Shown: in pieces, positions 11,049-20,516 of the stretch
Position numbering within the stretch: the first letter of the stretch is position 1
How the letters are laid out: each line of letters opens with the position of its first letter
Origin: an uncultured Gemmatimonadales bacterium
GTDB taxonomy: Bacteria; Gemmatimonadota; Gemmatimonadetes; Gemmatimonadales; GWC2-71-9
Assembly (NCBI GenBank): GCA_963844035.1
Contig: CAWJMT010000037.1
Location: 258,326-322,325, forward strand
Length of the DNA: 64,000 nucleotides
Reading direction: 5' to 3'
Notes under the pieces: generated by a model
Databases searched by the model: none
Seen by the model: the letters and a program-made list of their open reading frames with translations, nothing else
Told to the model about the DNA's origin: nothing
Made by a program: the position numbers and the translations under genes

Positions 11049-11753
11049 ATGAACGTGATTCCCCGTGCGCTTCATTTGGGCTTCCTCCGCCTGATCGCAC
11101 CGCTGGTGCAGCTGCTCATCCGGCTGCACGTGCGCCCCAACACCATCACCACGGTCGGGACACTCGTGGTAGTCCTATCGGCCGTCGCCTATGGCCGTGG
11201 TTCCGTCCACTGGGGCGGGTTCTTGCTCCTGCTGAGCGGCGTGTTCGACATGTTGGACGGGCAGGTGGCGCGCGAGGGCGGCGCCCGGACGGTGTTCGGC
11301 GCCTTCTACGACTCGACGCTCGATCGCGTCGGCGAAGCGGCCCTGTTCACCGGGATCGCGATCTACTTCCTCCAAGGTGGCGTCCCGCCCGAGCGCCTTA
11401 TCTTCGCGGTGGTGACCTGCTGTGCGGCCCTGGGTGGCTCGCTGATCGTCTCGTACACGCGCGCCCGGGCCGAGGGTCTCAACGTGGAGTGCAGCGGGGG
11501 AATCGCGACGCGGGCGGAGCGCATCCTCGTGCTGGGAGCGCCGACCCTGTTCTTCGGTCCCGGGCCCAATGGCGCAATGCTGCTGTGGATCGTCTTCATA
11601 CTGGCGCTCGCGACAGTGATTACCGTCGTGCAGCGTGTCATTCACGTCGCCCGGGCGACTTCGCCGCGGGGGCCGGGTGCGCCGCGTCCGGCTCGGACGC
11701 GCGATACCCTCCCCGGGCATGCGCCCGCGATGCAATCTCGGAAAGGACACTAA
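11049..11753 (+). CDS. CDP-alcohol phosphatidyltransferase, probable phosphatidylinositol-phosphate synthase
   Basis: PNTIT and DMLDGQVAR...FGAFYDSTLDR signature, plus SYTRARAE. Directly upstream of ino1. Confidence 0.85.
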   Translation: MNVIPRALHLGFLRLIAPLVQLLIRLHVRPNTITTVGTLVVVLSAVAYGRGSVHWGGFLLLLSGVFDMLDGQVAREGGARTVFGAFYDSTLDRVGEAALFTGIAIYFLQGGVPPERLIFAVVTCCAALGGSLIVSYTRARAEGLNVECSGGIATRAERILVLGAPTLFFGPGPNGAMLLWIVFILALATVITVVQRVIHVARATSPRGPGAPRPARTRDTLPGHAPAMQSRKGH

Positions 11754-13079
11754 GTGTCACCAAAAGCTGGCCGTGAGATCGCCCCCGCCAAGGGCAAGCT
11801 GGGCGTGTTGCTCGTCGGGCTGGGCGCGGTCTCCACGACGTTCATCGCTGGAGTGGAAAACGTCAGACGCGGCACCGCGCTGCCGATCGGATCGCTGTCG
11901 CAGATGGCCACGATCCGGCTCGGCAAGCGGGCCGACAAGCGCGCGCCGAAAATTCATGACTTTGTCCCCCTCGCCGCGCTCAAGGACGTGGTGTTCGGCG
12001 CGTGGGACCCGATCCCCGACGATGCGTACGCCGCCGCCGTCAAAGCCGGTGTGCTGGAGGGCAAGCACATCGAGCCGATCGCCGATTTCCTCAAGGGCAT
12101 CAAGCCGATGCCCGCGGCGTTCGACCAGGAGTACGTCAAGCGCCTGCAGGGCACCAATGTGAAGCAGGGGAAGACCAAGCGCGACCTCGCGGAGCAGCTG
12201 CGCGAGGACATCCGCCAGTTCCGGAAGAAGACGGGCGTCGACCGCGTCGTCATGATCTGGGCCGCGTCCACCGAGATCTTTCTCGCGCCTGGCCCCACGC
12301 ACCAGACGCTGGCCACGTTCGAGAAGGCGATGGAACAGAACGACCACTCCATTGCGCCGTCGATGCTGTACGCCTACGCGGCGCTGATGGAAAACGTGCC
12401 GTTCGCCAATGGCGCCCCGAACCTGACGGTGGACATTCCGGCGCTGGAGCGGCTGGCGGTGGAGCGCAAGGTGCCGATCGGCGGGAAGGATTTCAAGACG
12501 GGCCAGACGATGATCAAGACCGTGCTCGCGCCCGCCTTCAAGGCGCGCATGCTGGGGCTTGCCGGCTGGTACTCGACGAACATCCTCGGGAACCGCGACG
12601 GCGAAGTACTCGACGACCCCGAATCGTTCAAGACGAAGGAAGAATCGAAGCTCGGCTCACTCGAATACATCCTCCAGCCCGAGATGTACCCCGAGCTGTA
12701 CGGCAACGTCTACCACAAGGTGCGCATCAACTACTATCCGCCGCGCGGGGACAACAAGGAAGGGTGGGACAACATCGACATCTTCGGGTGGATGGGCTAC
12801 CCGATGCAGATCAAAGTCGACTTCCTGTGCCGTGACTCGATCCTGGCTGCCCCGCTGCTGCTCGACCTCGCGCTGTTCTTCGACCTGGCGCAGCGGGCGG
12901 GTATGGCGGGCGTCCAGGAATGGCTGTCGTTCTACTTCAAGAGCCCCCAGACCGCGCCGGGTCTCTACCCCGAGCACGATCTGTTCATCCAGCAGACCAA
13001 GTTCAAGAACACGCTGCGCTGGATGATGGGAGAGGAGCAGATTACCCACCTCGGCATCGAGTACTACGAGAAGGCGTGA
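11754..13079 (+). CDS. ino1: myo-inositol-1-phosphate synthase
   Basis: GLGAVSTT, GKDFKTGQT, NILGNRDG, GDNKEGWD and DSILAAPL motifs. Confidence 0.92.
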   Translation: MSPKAGREIAPAKGKLGVLLVGLGAVSTTFIAGVENVRRGTALPIGSLSQMATIRLGKRADKRAPKIHDFVPLAALKDVVFGAWDPIPDDAYAAAVKAGVLEGKHIEPIADFLKGIKPMPAAFDQEYVKRLQGTNVKQGKTKRDLAEQLREDIRQFRKKTGVDRVVMIWAASTEIFLAPGPTHQTLATFEKAMEQNDHSIAPSMLYAYAALMENVPFANGAPNLTVDIPALERLAVERKVPIGGKDFKTGQTMIKTVLAPAFKARMLGLAGWYSTNILGNRDGEVLDDPESFKTKEESKLGSLEYILQPEMYPELYGNVYHKVRINYYPPRGDNKEGWDNIDIFGWMGYPMQIKVDFLCRDSILAAPLLLDLALFFDLAQRAGMAGVQEWLSFYFKSPQTAPGLYPEHDLFIQQTKFKNTLRWMMGEEQITHLGIEYYEKA

Positions 13080-13504
13080 CGGTCGCGCAGCTCACGGTCA
13101 CGGCCGTCGGCGTCGTCGCAATCGTCTGGGTGCTGTGGTATTTCCTCTTCTCGACCAATCCGGCCGTCGCCGCCGCTGAGAGCGATGGGGTGCAGGAAAT
13201 GCGCGTCATCGTGAAGGGCGGATACACGCCGGACACGATCGTCGTGGAGGCCGGCAAGCCGGTGCGCCTGCAGTTCTACCGCGACGAGACCGCTGACTGC
13301 TCCGAGCGGCTCGTCTTCGAGCCGTTCGGGATCGACGTCGCCCTCCCCGCCTTCCAGACCACGCCCGTCGAGTTCACACCCACCGCTGCCGGCGAGTATC
13401 CGTTCCGGTGCGGCATGAACATGCTCAAGGGCGTGGTGGTGGTCGAACCGGCCGGCACGGACCGCGCTCCGGCGGCCTCGCCGCACAAGCTTCATCGAGT
13501 GTAG
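13076..13504 (+). CDS. Membrane-anchored cupredoxin-domain protein (CupA-like)
   Basis: N-terminal TM (IVWVLWYF), VKGGYTPDTI, CSERL and YPFRCGMNM. GTGA overlap with ino1. Confidence 0.85.
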   Translation: MTVAQLTVTAVGVVAIVWVLWYFLFSTNPAVAAAESDGVQEMRVIVKGGYTPDTIVVEAGKPVRLQFYRDETADCSERLVFEPFGIDVALPAFQTTPVEFTPTAAGEYPFRCGMNMLKGVVVVEPAGTDRAPAASPHKLHRV

Positions 13505-13507
13505 CGC

Positions 13508-16069
13508 ATGACCGGGGCGCGCATTGTGTTGCCGATCGAGGGCATGAGCTGCGCGAGTTGCGCCGCGACGGTCCGGGACGCCTTGGCGAATGCTCAGGGC
13601 GTGACCGCCGCCACGGTCAACTACGCCACGGCCAAAGCGGCCGTGGATTACGACCCCGCGCGCACCCACATCGCCGAGTTGATCCGCACCGTGCGCGGGG
13701 CGGGCTACGATTGCGGGACCGCGAGTGTCAGCTTCAGTGTGGCGGACCTCCACTACGCTCCCAGCGTCGCGCCGCTCGAGCGGGCGCTCGCCCGGGTGAA
13801 GGGCGTGGTGCGGGCGGTGGCGAACCAGGCGACCGAAACGGTCGCCGTGGACTACGTGCCCGGCGCGACCACCGCGGCGGAGCTCGAGCACGCGGTCGAG
13901 TCCGCGGGATTCCGGGTGGCGGAGCCGATCGCCACCGCCGACCCGATCGAGCGCGAGCGGGTGGCGCGCGCGCGCGAGATCCGCACGCTCGGCGGGAAGT
14001 TCGCGCTCGCCGCTTTCGTGGCGGTGATCGCGATGCTGGGCTCGATGATTCTCATGGCGGCGACGCCCCTCGGCGCCGCCGAGACCGCCAAGGGCGTCGA
14101 CCTGCTCGGCCACCTGCTCATGCCGCTCGCCGCCCGGTTGCAGGCGCTGGTGGATCCGGGCGGGCGGCTCGCCCCGGTGTGGATCAAGGTCGGTCTTGCC
14201 GTGCTGACGCTTCCCGTGATCGTATGGTCGGGACAGCAGTTCTATCGCGGTGCATGGAGCGGGTTCAAGCACCGCACCGCCGACATGAACACCCTGATCG
14301 CCCTCGGCACGGGCGCCGCCTACCTCTACTCGCTCGCTGCCACGGTTGCGCCGGGTCTGTTCGCGCGGGCGGGGCTGCCCGCCGACGTCTACTACGAGGC
14401 TGCAGCGGCGATCATTGCATTCATTCTGTTGGGCCGGCTGCTCGAGGCGCGCGCCAAAGGGCGCACCTCCGAGGCGATCCGCCGGCTGGCGACGCTGAAG
14501 GTGCCGGTCGCCCACGTGAAGCGCGACGGCCGGGAGACTGATATCGCGGTGGAAGCGGTCGTGACCGGCGACGTAGTGATCGTGAAGCCGGGGGAGCGGA
14601 TCCCGGTGGATGGTCTGGTCACAGAGGGCGTGTCCGCCGTGGACCAGTCGATGGTGACCGGAGAGCCGATGCCGGTCTCGGCGAAGATCGGTGACGAGGT
14701 GATCGGCGGCACGATCAACACCACCGGCAGCATTACGATCCGGGCCACCAGGGTGGGGAAGGACTCCGCCCTGGCGCAGATCGTTCAGCTCGTCGAGGAC
14801 GCGCTCGCCACCAAGGCGCCGATCCAGCGGCTTGCCGACCGCGTGGCGGGGGTGTTTGTCCCCATTGTGCTCGCGCTCGCCATCGCGGCCTTCGTCCTCT
14901 GGTTCGACCTCGGACCCGAGCCCGCCGTCGTGTTCGCGACGGTGGCGCTCGTCACGGTGCTCATCATCGCCTGTCCCTGCGCGCTCGGACTTGCGACGCC
15001 GACCGCACTGCTCGTCGGCACGGGGAAAGCGGCCGAGTACGGGATTCTGATCCGCAGCGGCGAGGCGCTGGAGAAGCTCGCGGGCGTGCGGACCGTCCTG
15101 CTCGACAAGACCGGAACTCTCACCGAGGGGCGGCCCACGGTCACGCACATCGTGTCGGCCAAGAAGCAGGACGGGACCCCTATCGCCGCCGCCGAAGTGC
15201 TCAGGTGGGCGGCCTCGGTGGAGCAGCGCTCCGAGCACCCGCTCGCGCGCGCCATCCTCAAGGCGGCGAAGGAAAAACAAGTCGAGGTCCTGCCGGTCGA
15301 GAAGTTCGCCATGATGGAGGGCCGCGGCGTCCGCGGGACGGTGGACCGGCGCATCATCGAGGTGATTTCGCTGCGGCACGCGCGCGAGCGCAGTCTCGAG
15401 CTTGGGGGGCTCGGCCAGGTCGCCGATCGTCTGGCCGCGCAGGCGCGCACCCCGGTCGTCGTCGTCGTCAACAACACCGTCTACGCCATCATCGCGATCT
15501 CGGATCCGATCAAGCCGACGTCGCGCGACGCGGTCGCGGACCTCAAGCGGCGGGGCCTCGCCGTCATCATGGTCTCGGGCGACTCACGTGCCGGGGCGGA
15601 GGCGGTGGCCAAAGAAGTGGGGATCGACGACGTGTTGCCGGAGGTGCTCCCCTCGCAGAAGGCGGAGCTCGTGCGCAAACTTCAGAAACAGGGGAAGCGC
15701 GTGGCCATGGTCGGGGACGGAATCAACGACGCCCCCGCGTTGGCCCAGGCGGACGTCGGACTCGCCATTGGGACAGGGGCTGACATCGCCACCGAAGCGT
15801 CCGATGTGACCTTGATTCGCGCCGATCCGCGCGGCGTGATCGCGGCCCTGGACCTGTCGCGCCGCACCATGCGGACCATCCGCTTGAATCTGTTTTGGGC
15901 GTTTCTCTACAACGTGCTCGGCATTCCCATCGCGGCGGGCGCGTTGTACCCGCTCTTCGGGGTGCTGCTATCGCCCGTGATCGCGAGCGCCGCGATGGCG
16001 TGGTCCAGCCTGAGCGTCGTCCTCAACAGTCTGACACTGCGGCGCTTCAAGCCCGCCTGGGAGGCGTGA
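13508..16069 (+). CDS. copA: Copper-translocating P1B-type ATPase
   Basis: GMSCASC HMA domain, TGEP, CPCALGLATP, DKTGTLT, GDGINDAPALA, and YN and MxxSS Cu(I) motifs. Confidence 0.95.
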   Translation: MTGARIVLPIEGMSCASCAATVRDALANAQGVTAATVNYATAKAAVDYDPARTHIAELIRTVRGAGYDCGTASVSFSVADLHYAPSVAPLERALARVKGVVRAVANQATETVAVDYVPGATTAAELEHAVESAGFRVAEPIATADPIERERVARAREIRTLGGKFALAAFVAVIAMLGSMILMAATPLGAAETAKGVDLLGHLLMPLAARLQALVDPGGRLAPVWIKVGLAVLTLPVIVWSGQQFYRGAWSGFKHRTADMNTLIALGTGAAYLYSLAATVAPGLFARAGLPADVYYEAAAAIIAFILLGRLLEARAKGRTSEAIRRLATLKVPVAHVKRDGRETDIAVEAVVTGDVVIVKPGERIPVDGLVTEGVSAVDQSMVTGEPMPVSAKIGDEVIGGTINTTGSITIRATRVGKDSALAQIVQLVEDALATKAPIQRLADRVAGVFVPIVLALAIAAFVLWFDLGPEPAVVFATVALVTVLIIACPCALGLATPTALLVGTGKAAEYGILIRSGEALEKLAGVRTVLLDKTGTLTEGRPTVTHIVSAKKQDGTPIAAAEVLRWAASVEQRSEHPLARAILKAAKEKQVEVLPVEKFAMMEGRGVRGTVDRRIIEVISLRHARERSLELGGLGQVADRLAAQARTPVVVVVNNTVYAIIAISDPIKPTSRDAVADLKRRGLAVIMVSGDSRAGAEAVAKEVGIDDVLPEVLPSQKAELVRKLQKQGKRVAMVGDGINDAPALAQADVGLAIGTGADIATEASDVTLIRADPRGVIAALDLSRRTMRTIRLNLFWAFLYNVLGIPIAAGALYPLFGVLLSPVIASAAMAWSSLSVVLNSLTLRRFKPAWEA

Positions 16070-16362
16070 CCGTGCGTTACTTCCACCGTACTTCGGTTTC
16101 CCCCGACCGGGCGCTCGACCTGGCGAAAGGATTTTTTGGGGCCCGGCTGGTTCCCGCCGAAGAAGCGCCGCGGCGGCGCACGTACACCGGGACGCTCGGC
16201 AAGGTGACGATCAGCGCGCGGGCGGAAGGCGGGCACTACACATTCGTCGAGGTCAGCACCGATCAGCCGGGCGAAGCGGAGCTGGACCGGCTGGCGAAGC
16301 GGTTTCTTGCGGAGTTGCACCGGCGGGCCGACCCGACCCACCAGGTGCGGGGAGGTTATTGA
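16066..16362 (+). CDS. Hypothetical protein, translationally coupled to copA
   Basis: GTGA overlap and SD ggagg. Sequence VRYFHRTSVSPDRALDLAKGFF...HQVRGGY. Confidence 0.6.
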   Translation: MTVRYFHRTSVSPDRALDLAKGFFGARLVPAEEAPRRRTYTGTLGKVTISARAEGGHYTFVEVSTDQPGEAELDRLAKRFLAELHRRADPTHQVRGGY

Positions 16363-16368
16363 GTTCGC

Positions 16369-16584
16369 TCACCCCGCCAGCGTCGCCCGATATCCCGCCT
16401 GCTCGACCGCCGCGACGAGCTGCGCCGGTGTGGCGGTGTCGTCCTCGAAGTCGACCTCCGCTTCGCCCAGCTGCAGATCCACCACGGCGGCATAAACGCC
16501 GGCGGTCTCCTGGAGCGCTTTCGCTACCTTCGCCTGACAATGCGCGCAGTGCATACCCGTTACGCGCAGTCTGATGTTCGCCAT
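16369..16584 (-). CDS. copZ: Heavy-metal chaperone (CopZ-like HMA)
   Basis: VTGMHCAHC...AVEQAGY with SD ggagg. Confidence 0.85.
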   Translation of the reverse strand: MANIRLRVTGMHCAHCQAKVAKALQETAGVYAAVVDLQLGEAEVDFEDDTATPAQLVAAVEQAGYRATLAG

Positions 16585-16640
16585 CTAGCCCTCCCGGGCG
16601 CTTGATTTGGGTGGGGCTGCCATCCAAGTTTCACGCCCAC

Positions 16641-16646
16641 TACAAT
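16641..16646 (+). promoter_or_regulatory. Putative -10 TACAAT 7 nt before ATG 16654, leaderless-type
   Basis: AT-rich patch tacaat-ttacgta-ATG with no SD. Confidence 0.45.
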
Positions 16647-16653
16647 TTACGTA

Positions 16654-17727
16654 ATGACGTCGCGTGCCGCTCCAGCTGTTCCGACTCCTCGCGAGACGCC
16701 CCCGACAATCCCGGCGGGGCTGACACGGGCCCAACTCCTCGAAATCTATCGCTACCTGCGCCTGACGCGCACGCTCGAAGAGCGGCTCGTCGCCCTGTAC
16801 CGCCAGAGCAAGGTGATCGGCGGATTGTTCCGGTCGCTGGGCCAGGAGGGCGAATCGGTCGGGTCGGCGTACGCACTCGAACGGGGGCAACATCGGGATT
16901 TCCTGTCGCCGCTGATTCGCAATCTTGGCTCGATGCTCGTCATGGGCGCGCGTCCGGTGGAGATCCTGCGGCAGTACATGGCCAAGGGGACCTCGCCCAG
17001 CGGCGGACGCGAGCTGAACGTCCACTTCGGCGACCTCGACGCTCGGGTACCTCGGCCAGATTTCCCATCTGGGCGACATGATTCCGGTGCTGGCCGGGAT
17101 CGCCTTGACCTTCAAACTGCGCGGCGAGCGGCGCGTCGCGCTCGTCTACATCGGCGACGGCGGCACGTCGACCGGGACGTTCCACGAAGGGCTCAACTTT
17201 GCCGCGGTGCAGCGCGTGCCCCTGGTGGTGATCGGGGAGTACAACCACTGGGCGTACTCCACGCCGCCCGACCAAACAGTTCGCCGCTCCGCACCTCGTG
17301 GACCGGGTCCGGGGCTACGGGGTCGCCGCGAGCAGCGTGGACGGCAACGACGTCCTCGCGGTGTACGCGGAAACGAAGCGATGCGGTGGAACGCGCGCGG
17401 CGCGGCGAGGGCGTCCAGTTCATCGAGGTGAAGACCTACCGGCGCGCGGGCCACGCCGAGCACGATGACCAGCGCTACGTGCCGGCGGGCGAGCTCGAGC
17501 GCTGGGCGCGCGAGAACGATCCCGTAGACCGCTACGTCCTGCGCCTGCTCGACAACGAATGGGTGACGGCGCGCGAGCTCGAAGACACGGACGCGAGCGT
17601 GCGGGAGGAGATCGCCGCGGCCGTGGACGCCTGTGTGGACGATCCCGGACCGCTTCCGGAGTCGGCGTTGCCGGCGGTGTATGCGGATCCACCCGCCGCG
17701 CCCATCCACTGGTATCGGAGCCTCTGA
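16654..17727 (+). CDS. 2-oxoacid dehydrogenase E1 alpha subunit (compensating frame breaks near 17045-17380)
   Basis: LGQEGES, TPP motif GDGGTSTGTFHEGLNFA, and TYRRAGHAEHDD. Confidence 0.88.
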   Translation: MTSRAAPAVPTPRETPPTIPAGLTRAQLLEIYRYLRLTRTLEERLVALYRQSKVIGGLFRSLGQEGESVGSAYALERGQHRDFLSPLIRNLGSMLVMGARPVEILRQYMAKGTSPSGGRELNVHFGDLDARVPRPDFPSGRHDSGAGRDRLDLQTARRAARRARLHRRRRHVDRDVPRRAQLCRGAARAPGGDRGVQPLGVLHAARPNSSPLRTSWTGSGATGSPRAAWTATTSSRCTRKRSDAVERARRGEGVQFIEVKTYRRAGHAEHDDQRYVPAGELERWARENDPVDRYVLRLLDNEWVTARELEDTDASVREEIAAAVDACVDDPGPLPESALPAVYADPPAAPIHWYRSL

Positions 17728-18708
17728 GTGGCGGAGATCACCTACCTCGACGCCGTGCGCGAAGGCTTGCGCGAGGAGATGGTGCGCGACGAGCGCGTCT
17801 TCATCCTCGGCGAGGACGTGGGGCTGTACGGCGGTGCGTTCAAGGTGACCGAGGGCCTGATGGAGCAGTTCGGCGAGCGCCGCGTGATCGACACACCGAT
17901 CTCCGAGGCGGCGATCGTCGGCGCCGCGGCGGGGGCGGCGCACATGGGGATGCGGCCCGTGGCCGAGATGCAGTTCATCGATTTCATCTCGTGCGCGTAC
18001 GACATGCTGACGAACTACGTGGCGACGGCGCGCTACCGCGCCGGCCTGACGACGCCGCTCGTGGTGCGGGGGCCGTGCGGCGGGTACGTGCGCGGCGGCC
18101 CGTTTCACTCGCAGAACGTCGAGGCGGCGTTCTTTCATACGCCGGGGCTCAAGATCGTGTACCCTGCGACCGTGGCGGACGCGAAAGGGTTGATCAAGAG
18201 CGCGATCCGCGACGAGGACCCGGTCATCTACCTGGAGCACAAGTGGTTGTACCGGCGGGTGAAGGCGGAACTGCCCGCGGGGAGCGACCTCTTGACCCCG
18301 ATCGGCGAAGCGCGGCTGGCGCGCGAGGGGGATGCCCTGTCCATTGTGACGTACGGGGCGACGGTGTGGAAGGCGCTCGAGGCCGCCGATATCCTCGCGC
18401 AGCAGGACGGGATGTCGGTTGAGGTGCTCGACCTGCGCACGCTCGTGCCGATGGACGACGCGGCTATCATGCGCTCGGTGCGCAAGACGAGCAAAGTGCT
18501 CATCGTGCATGAGGACACGCGCACCGGGGGTATCGCGGGGGAGATCGCCGCGCGGATCAACGAGCAGGCCTTCGAGTGGCTGGACGGGCCCATCATGCGG
18601 GTTACGGCCCACGACGTGCCGCTGCCGTACGCGCCGGCGCTCGAGGATTTCGTGCTGCCGCAGACGGACGACATCGTGAAGGCGGCGAGATGGCTGGCAA
18701 AATACTGA
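17728..18708 (+). CDS. 2-oxoacid dehydrogenase E1 beta subunit
   Basis: GEDVGLYGGAFKVT, DTPISEAAIVG, AEMQFIDF and GGPFHSQ. Confidence 0.93.
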   Translation: MAEITYLDAVREGLREEMVRDERVFILGEDVGLYGGAFKVTEGLMEQFGERRVIDTPISEAAIVGAAAGAAHMGMRPVAEMQFIDFISCAYDMLTNYVATARYRAGLTTPLVVRGPCGGYVRGGPFHSQNVEAAFFHTPGLKIVYPATVADAKGLIKSAIRDEDPVIYLEHKWLYRRVKAELPAGSDLLTPIGEARLAREGDALSIVTYGATVWKALEAADILAQQDGMSVEVLDLRTLVPMDDAAIMRSVRKTSKVLIVHEDTRTGGIAGEIAARINEQAFEWLDGPIMRVTAHDVPLPYAPALEDFVLPQTDDIVKAARWLAKY

Positions 18709-18780
18709 GGTGCCAGGTGCAAGGTGTCAGGTGTCAGGGTGAATTCCCCTGGCACCTGACACCTGACACCGGACACCTGG
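18709..18780. repeat. Inverted heptamer tandem repeat hairpin
   Basis: ggtgcca ggtgcaa ggtgtca ggtgtca - gggtgaattccc - ctggcac ctgacac ctgacac cggacac ctgg. Confidence 0.9.
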
Positions 18781-18787
18781 AGGTTCC

Positions 18788-20200
18788 ATGGCCCGCATAG
18801 ACGTCCTCATGCCCCAGATGGGCGAGTCCATCGCCGAGGGCACCGTGAGCAAGTGGCTGAAGAAGGTCGGCGACGCGGTGCAGCGGGACGAGCCGCTGTT
18901 CGAGATCTCGACCGACAAGGTCGATGCCGAGATTCCGTCTCCCAACGCCGGTGTCCTGGCCGAGATCAAGGTGCAGGAGGGACAGACGGTGCCGGTGCTG
19001 ACGCTCGTCGCCGTGCTCGAGACCGACGCCAAAGCCGGCGCTGCTCCCGCCACAGCCGCTCCGGCGGCCCCACCCGCAGCAGCGAAGCCAGCGCCCGCTC
19101 CGGTCGCAGCCCCGACGGCACCCCCCGTCGCAGCAGCCCAGAGGGCGCCCGCTGCTCCTGGGGCCCCCGTCGCGGCCGCTCCCGCCGGCTACTGCTGCGC
19201 CTGACCGCCCGACCGCCGCCTCATCGACCGCCGCTGCACCGACCGCCGCTTCACCCGACTCCGCCGATCGTCTTCGCACCAAGTCGACGCCGCTCGTGCG
19301 CAAGATCGCGGCGGAGCATCAGGTCGATATCTCGACGCATCTCGGGTTCGGGCATCGCGGGGCGTGTGACGAAGCAGGACATCCTGGGCTTCATCGAGAA
19401 AGCCGCGGCCGCGCCACCCGTCTCCGGCCCCGTCGACCGCCCGACCGCCCGACCGCCCGACCGCCGCCTTTGTTGCTCCCCCCGTCGAAGCCTGGCCCGG
19501 CGATCGTGTGGAGCCGTTCTCGAAGATCCGGAAGATCACGGCCGACCACATGGTGATGTCACGACGCATTTCGGCGCACGTGACGAGCTTCTTCGAGGTC
19601 GATTTCACGCACATCGCGGAGCTGCGCCGCAAAAACAAGACATCGTATAGCGAGCGGGGCGCGAACCTCACCTACCTCGCGTTCATCGTGAAGGCGTGCG
19701 CCGAGAACCTGCGGCGGCACCCGGTGGTCAACTCGGCCGTGTCGGGCGAGAGCATCATCTATCGCAGCGAAGTCAACATCGGGATCGCGGTGGCGTTGGA
19801 TTGGGGCTTGATCGTCCCCGTGGTCAAGCACGCGGACGAGCTCTCGCTGATCGGTCTCGCCAAGGCGATCAACGATCTCGGCGACCGGGCGCGATCCAAA
19901 CGGCTGTCTCCCGACGAGGTGCAGCGGGGCACGTTCACGATCACGAACCCGGGCGTGTTCGGGTCGTTCGTGGGCGCGCCGATCATCAACCAACCCCAGG
20001 TGGCGATCCTGGGTGTGGGGGGGATCGAAAAGCGCCCGCGGGTGATTACTCTTCCCGACGGGTCGGACACGATCGGCATTCGCACGATGGGGATGCTGTC
20101 GATGTCCTACGACCACCGGGTGGTGGATGGCGCCGACGCCGACCGGTTCCTCGCCGACGTCAAGAAGCTGCTGCAGGACTTTCCTGAAGGAGCGGTCTGA
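18788..20200 (+). CDS. Dihydrolipoamide acyltransferase E2, single lipoyl domain (frame breaks in the linkers)
   Basis: [21 protein letters not shown] lipoyl-Lys, [13 protein letters not shown]3-binding motif and [10 protein letters not shown]. Confidence 0.9.
19435..19466 (+). repeat. Octamer tandem repeat (GACCGCCC)x4 in the E2 linker
   Basis: gaccgccc gaccgccc gaccgccc gaccgccg. Related GACCGCC units also occur at 19203-19260. Confidence 0.85.
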
Positions 20201-20514
20201 TGGCGAAAGTGCTCACCGCCGCGCGGGTTCGCGTGCCCGCGCCGCGCGAAACGGACTACCTGGGGACCCTGCGCGAGCTCTGTCAGTTCGCCAACGCCCG
20301 GGGCCAGCGCATCTGGGTGTTCCGCAACGCCAAGGACCCCCAGCTCTTCATCGAGTTCTCCGAGAGCGCCACCGAGATGTCGCACCGGGCGCAAGCCTCA
20401 CGGCTACCCGAGGAGATCACTCTGGAGCGCCGCCTCGAGGGCATCGCCACCTACGCTCCGGACGCCTGGGAGCTGTGGACCGAAGTGCCCCTCACGGCAC
20501 CTGCGGACGCGTGA
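20200..20514 (+). CDS. Hypothetical protein, possible dimeric alpha-beta barrel (ABM-like) fold
   Basis: TGATG overlap with E2. Pattern RVRVPAPRETDY...WVFRNAKDPQLFIEFSE. Confidence 0.65.
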   Translation: MAKVLTAARVRVPAPRETDYLGTLRELCQFANARGQRIWVFRNAKDPQLFIEFSESATEMSHRAQASRLPEEITLERRLEGIATYAPDAWELWTEVPLTAPADA

Positions 20515-20516
20515 CG

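Noticed and set aside
13064..15379. Long antisense ORFs (771 aa here, also 38184-39815, 45456-47267, 61924-63786)
   Set aside because: Shadow ORFs opposite well-supported genes, expected at high GC, with no motifs of their own.
18709..18780. Short repeats as a CRISPR array
   Set aside because: The units are 7-8 nt with no unique spacers, and there are no cas genes in the window.
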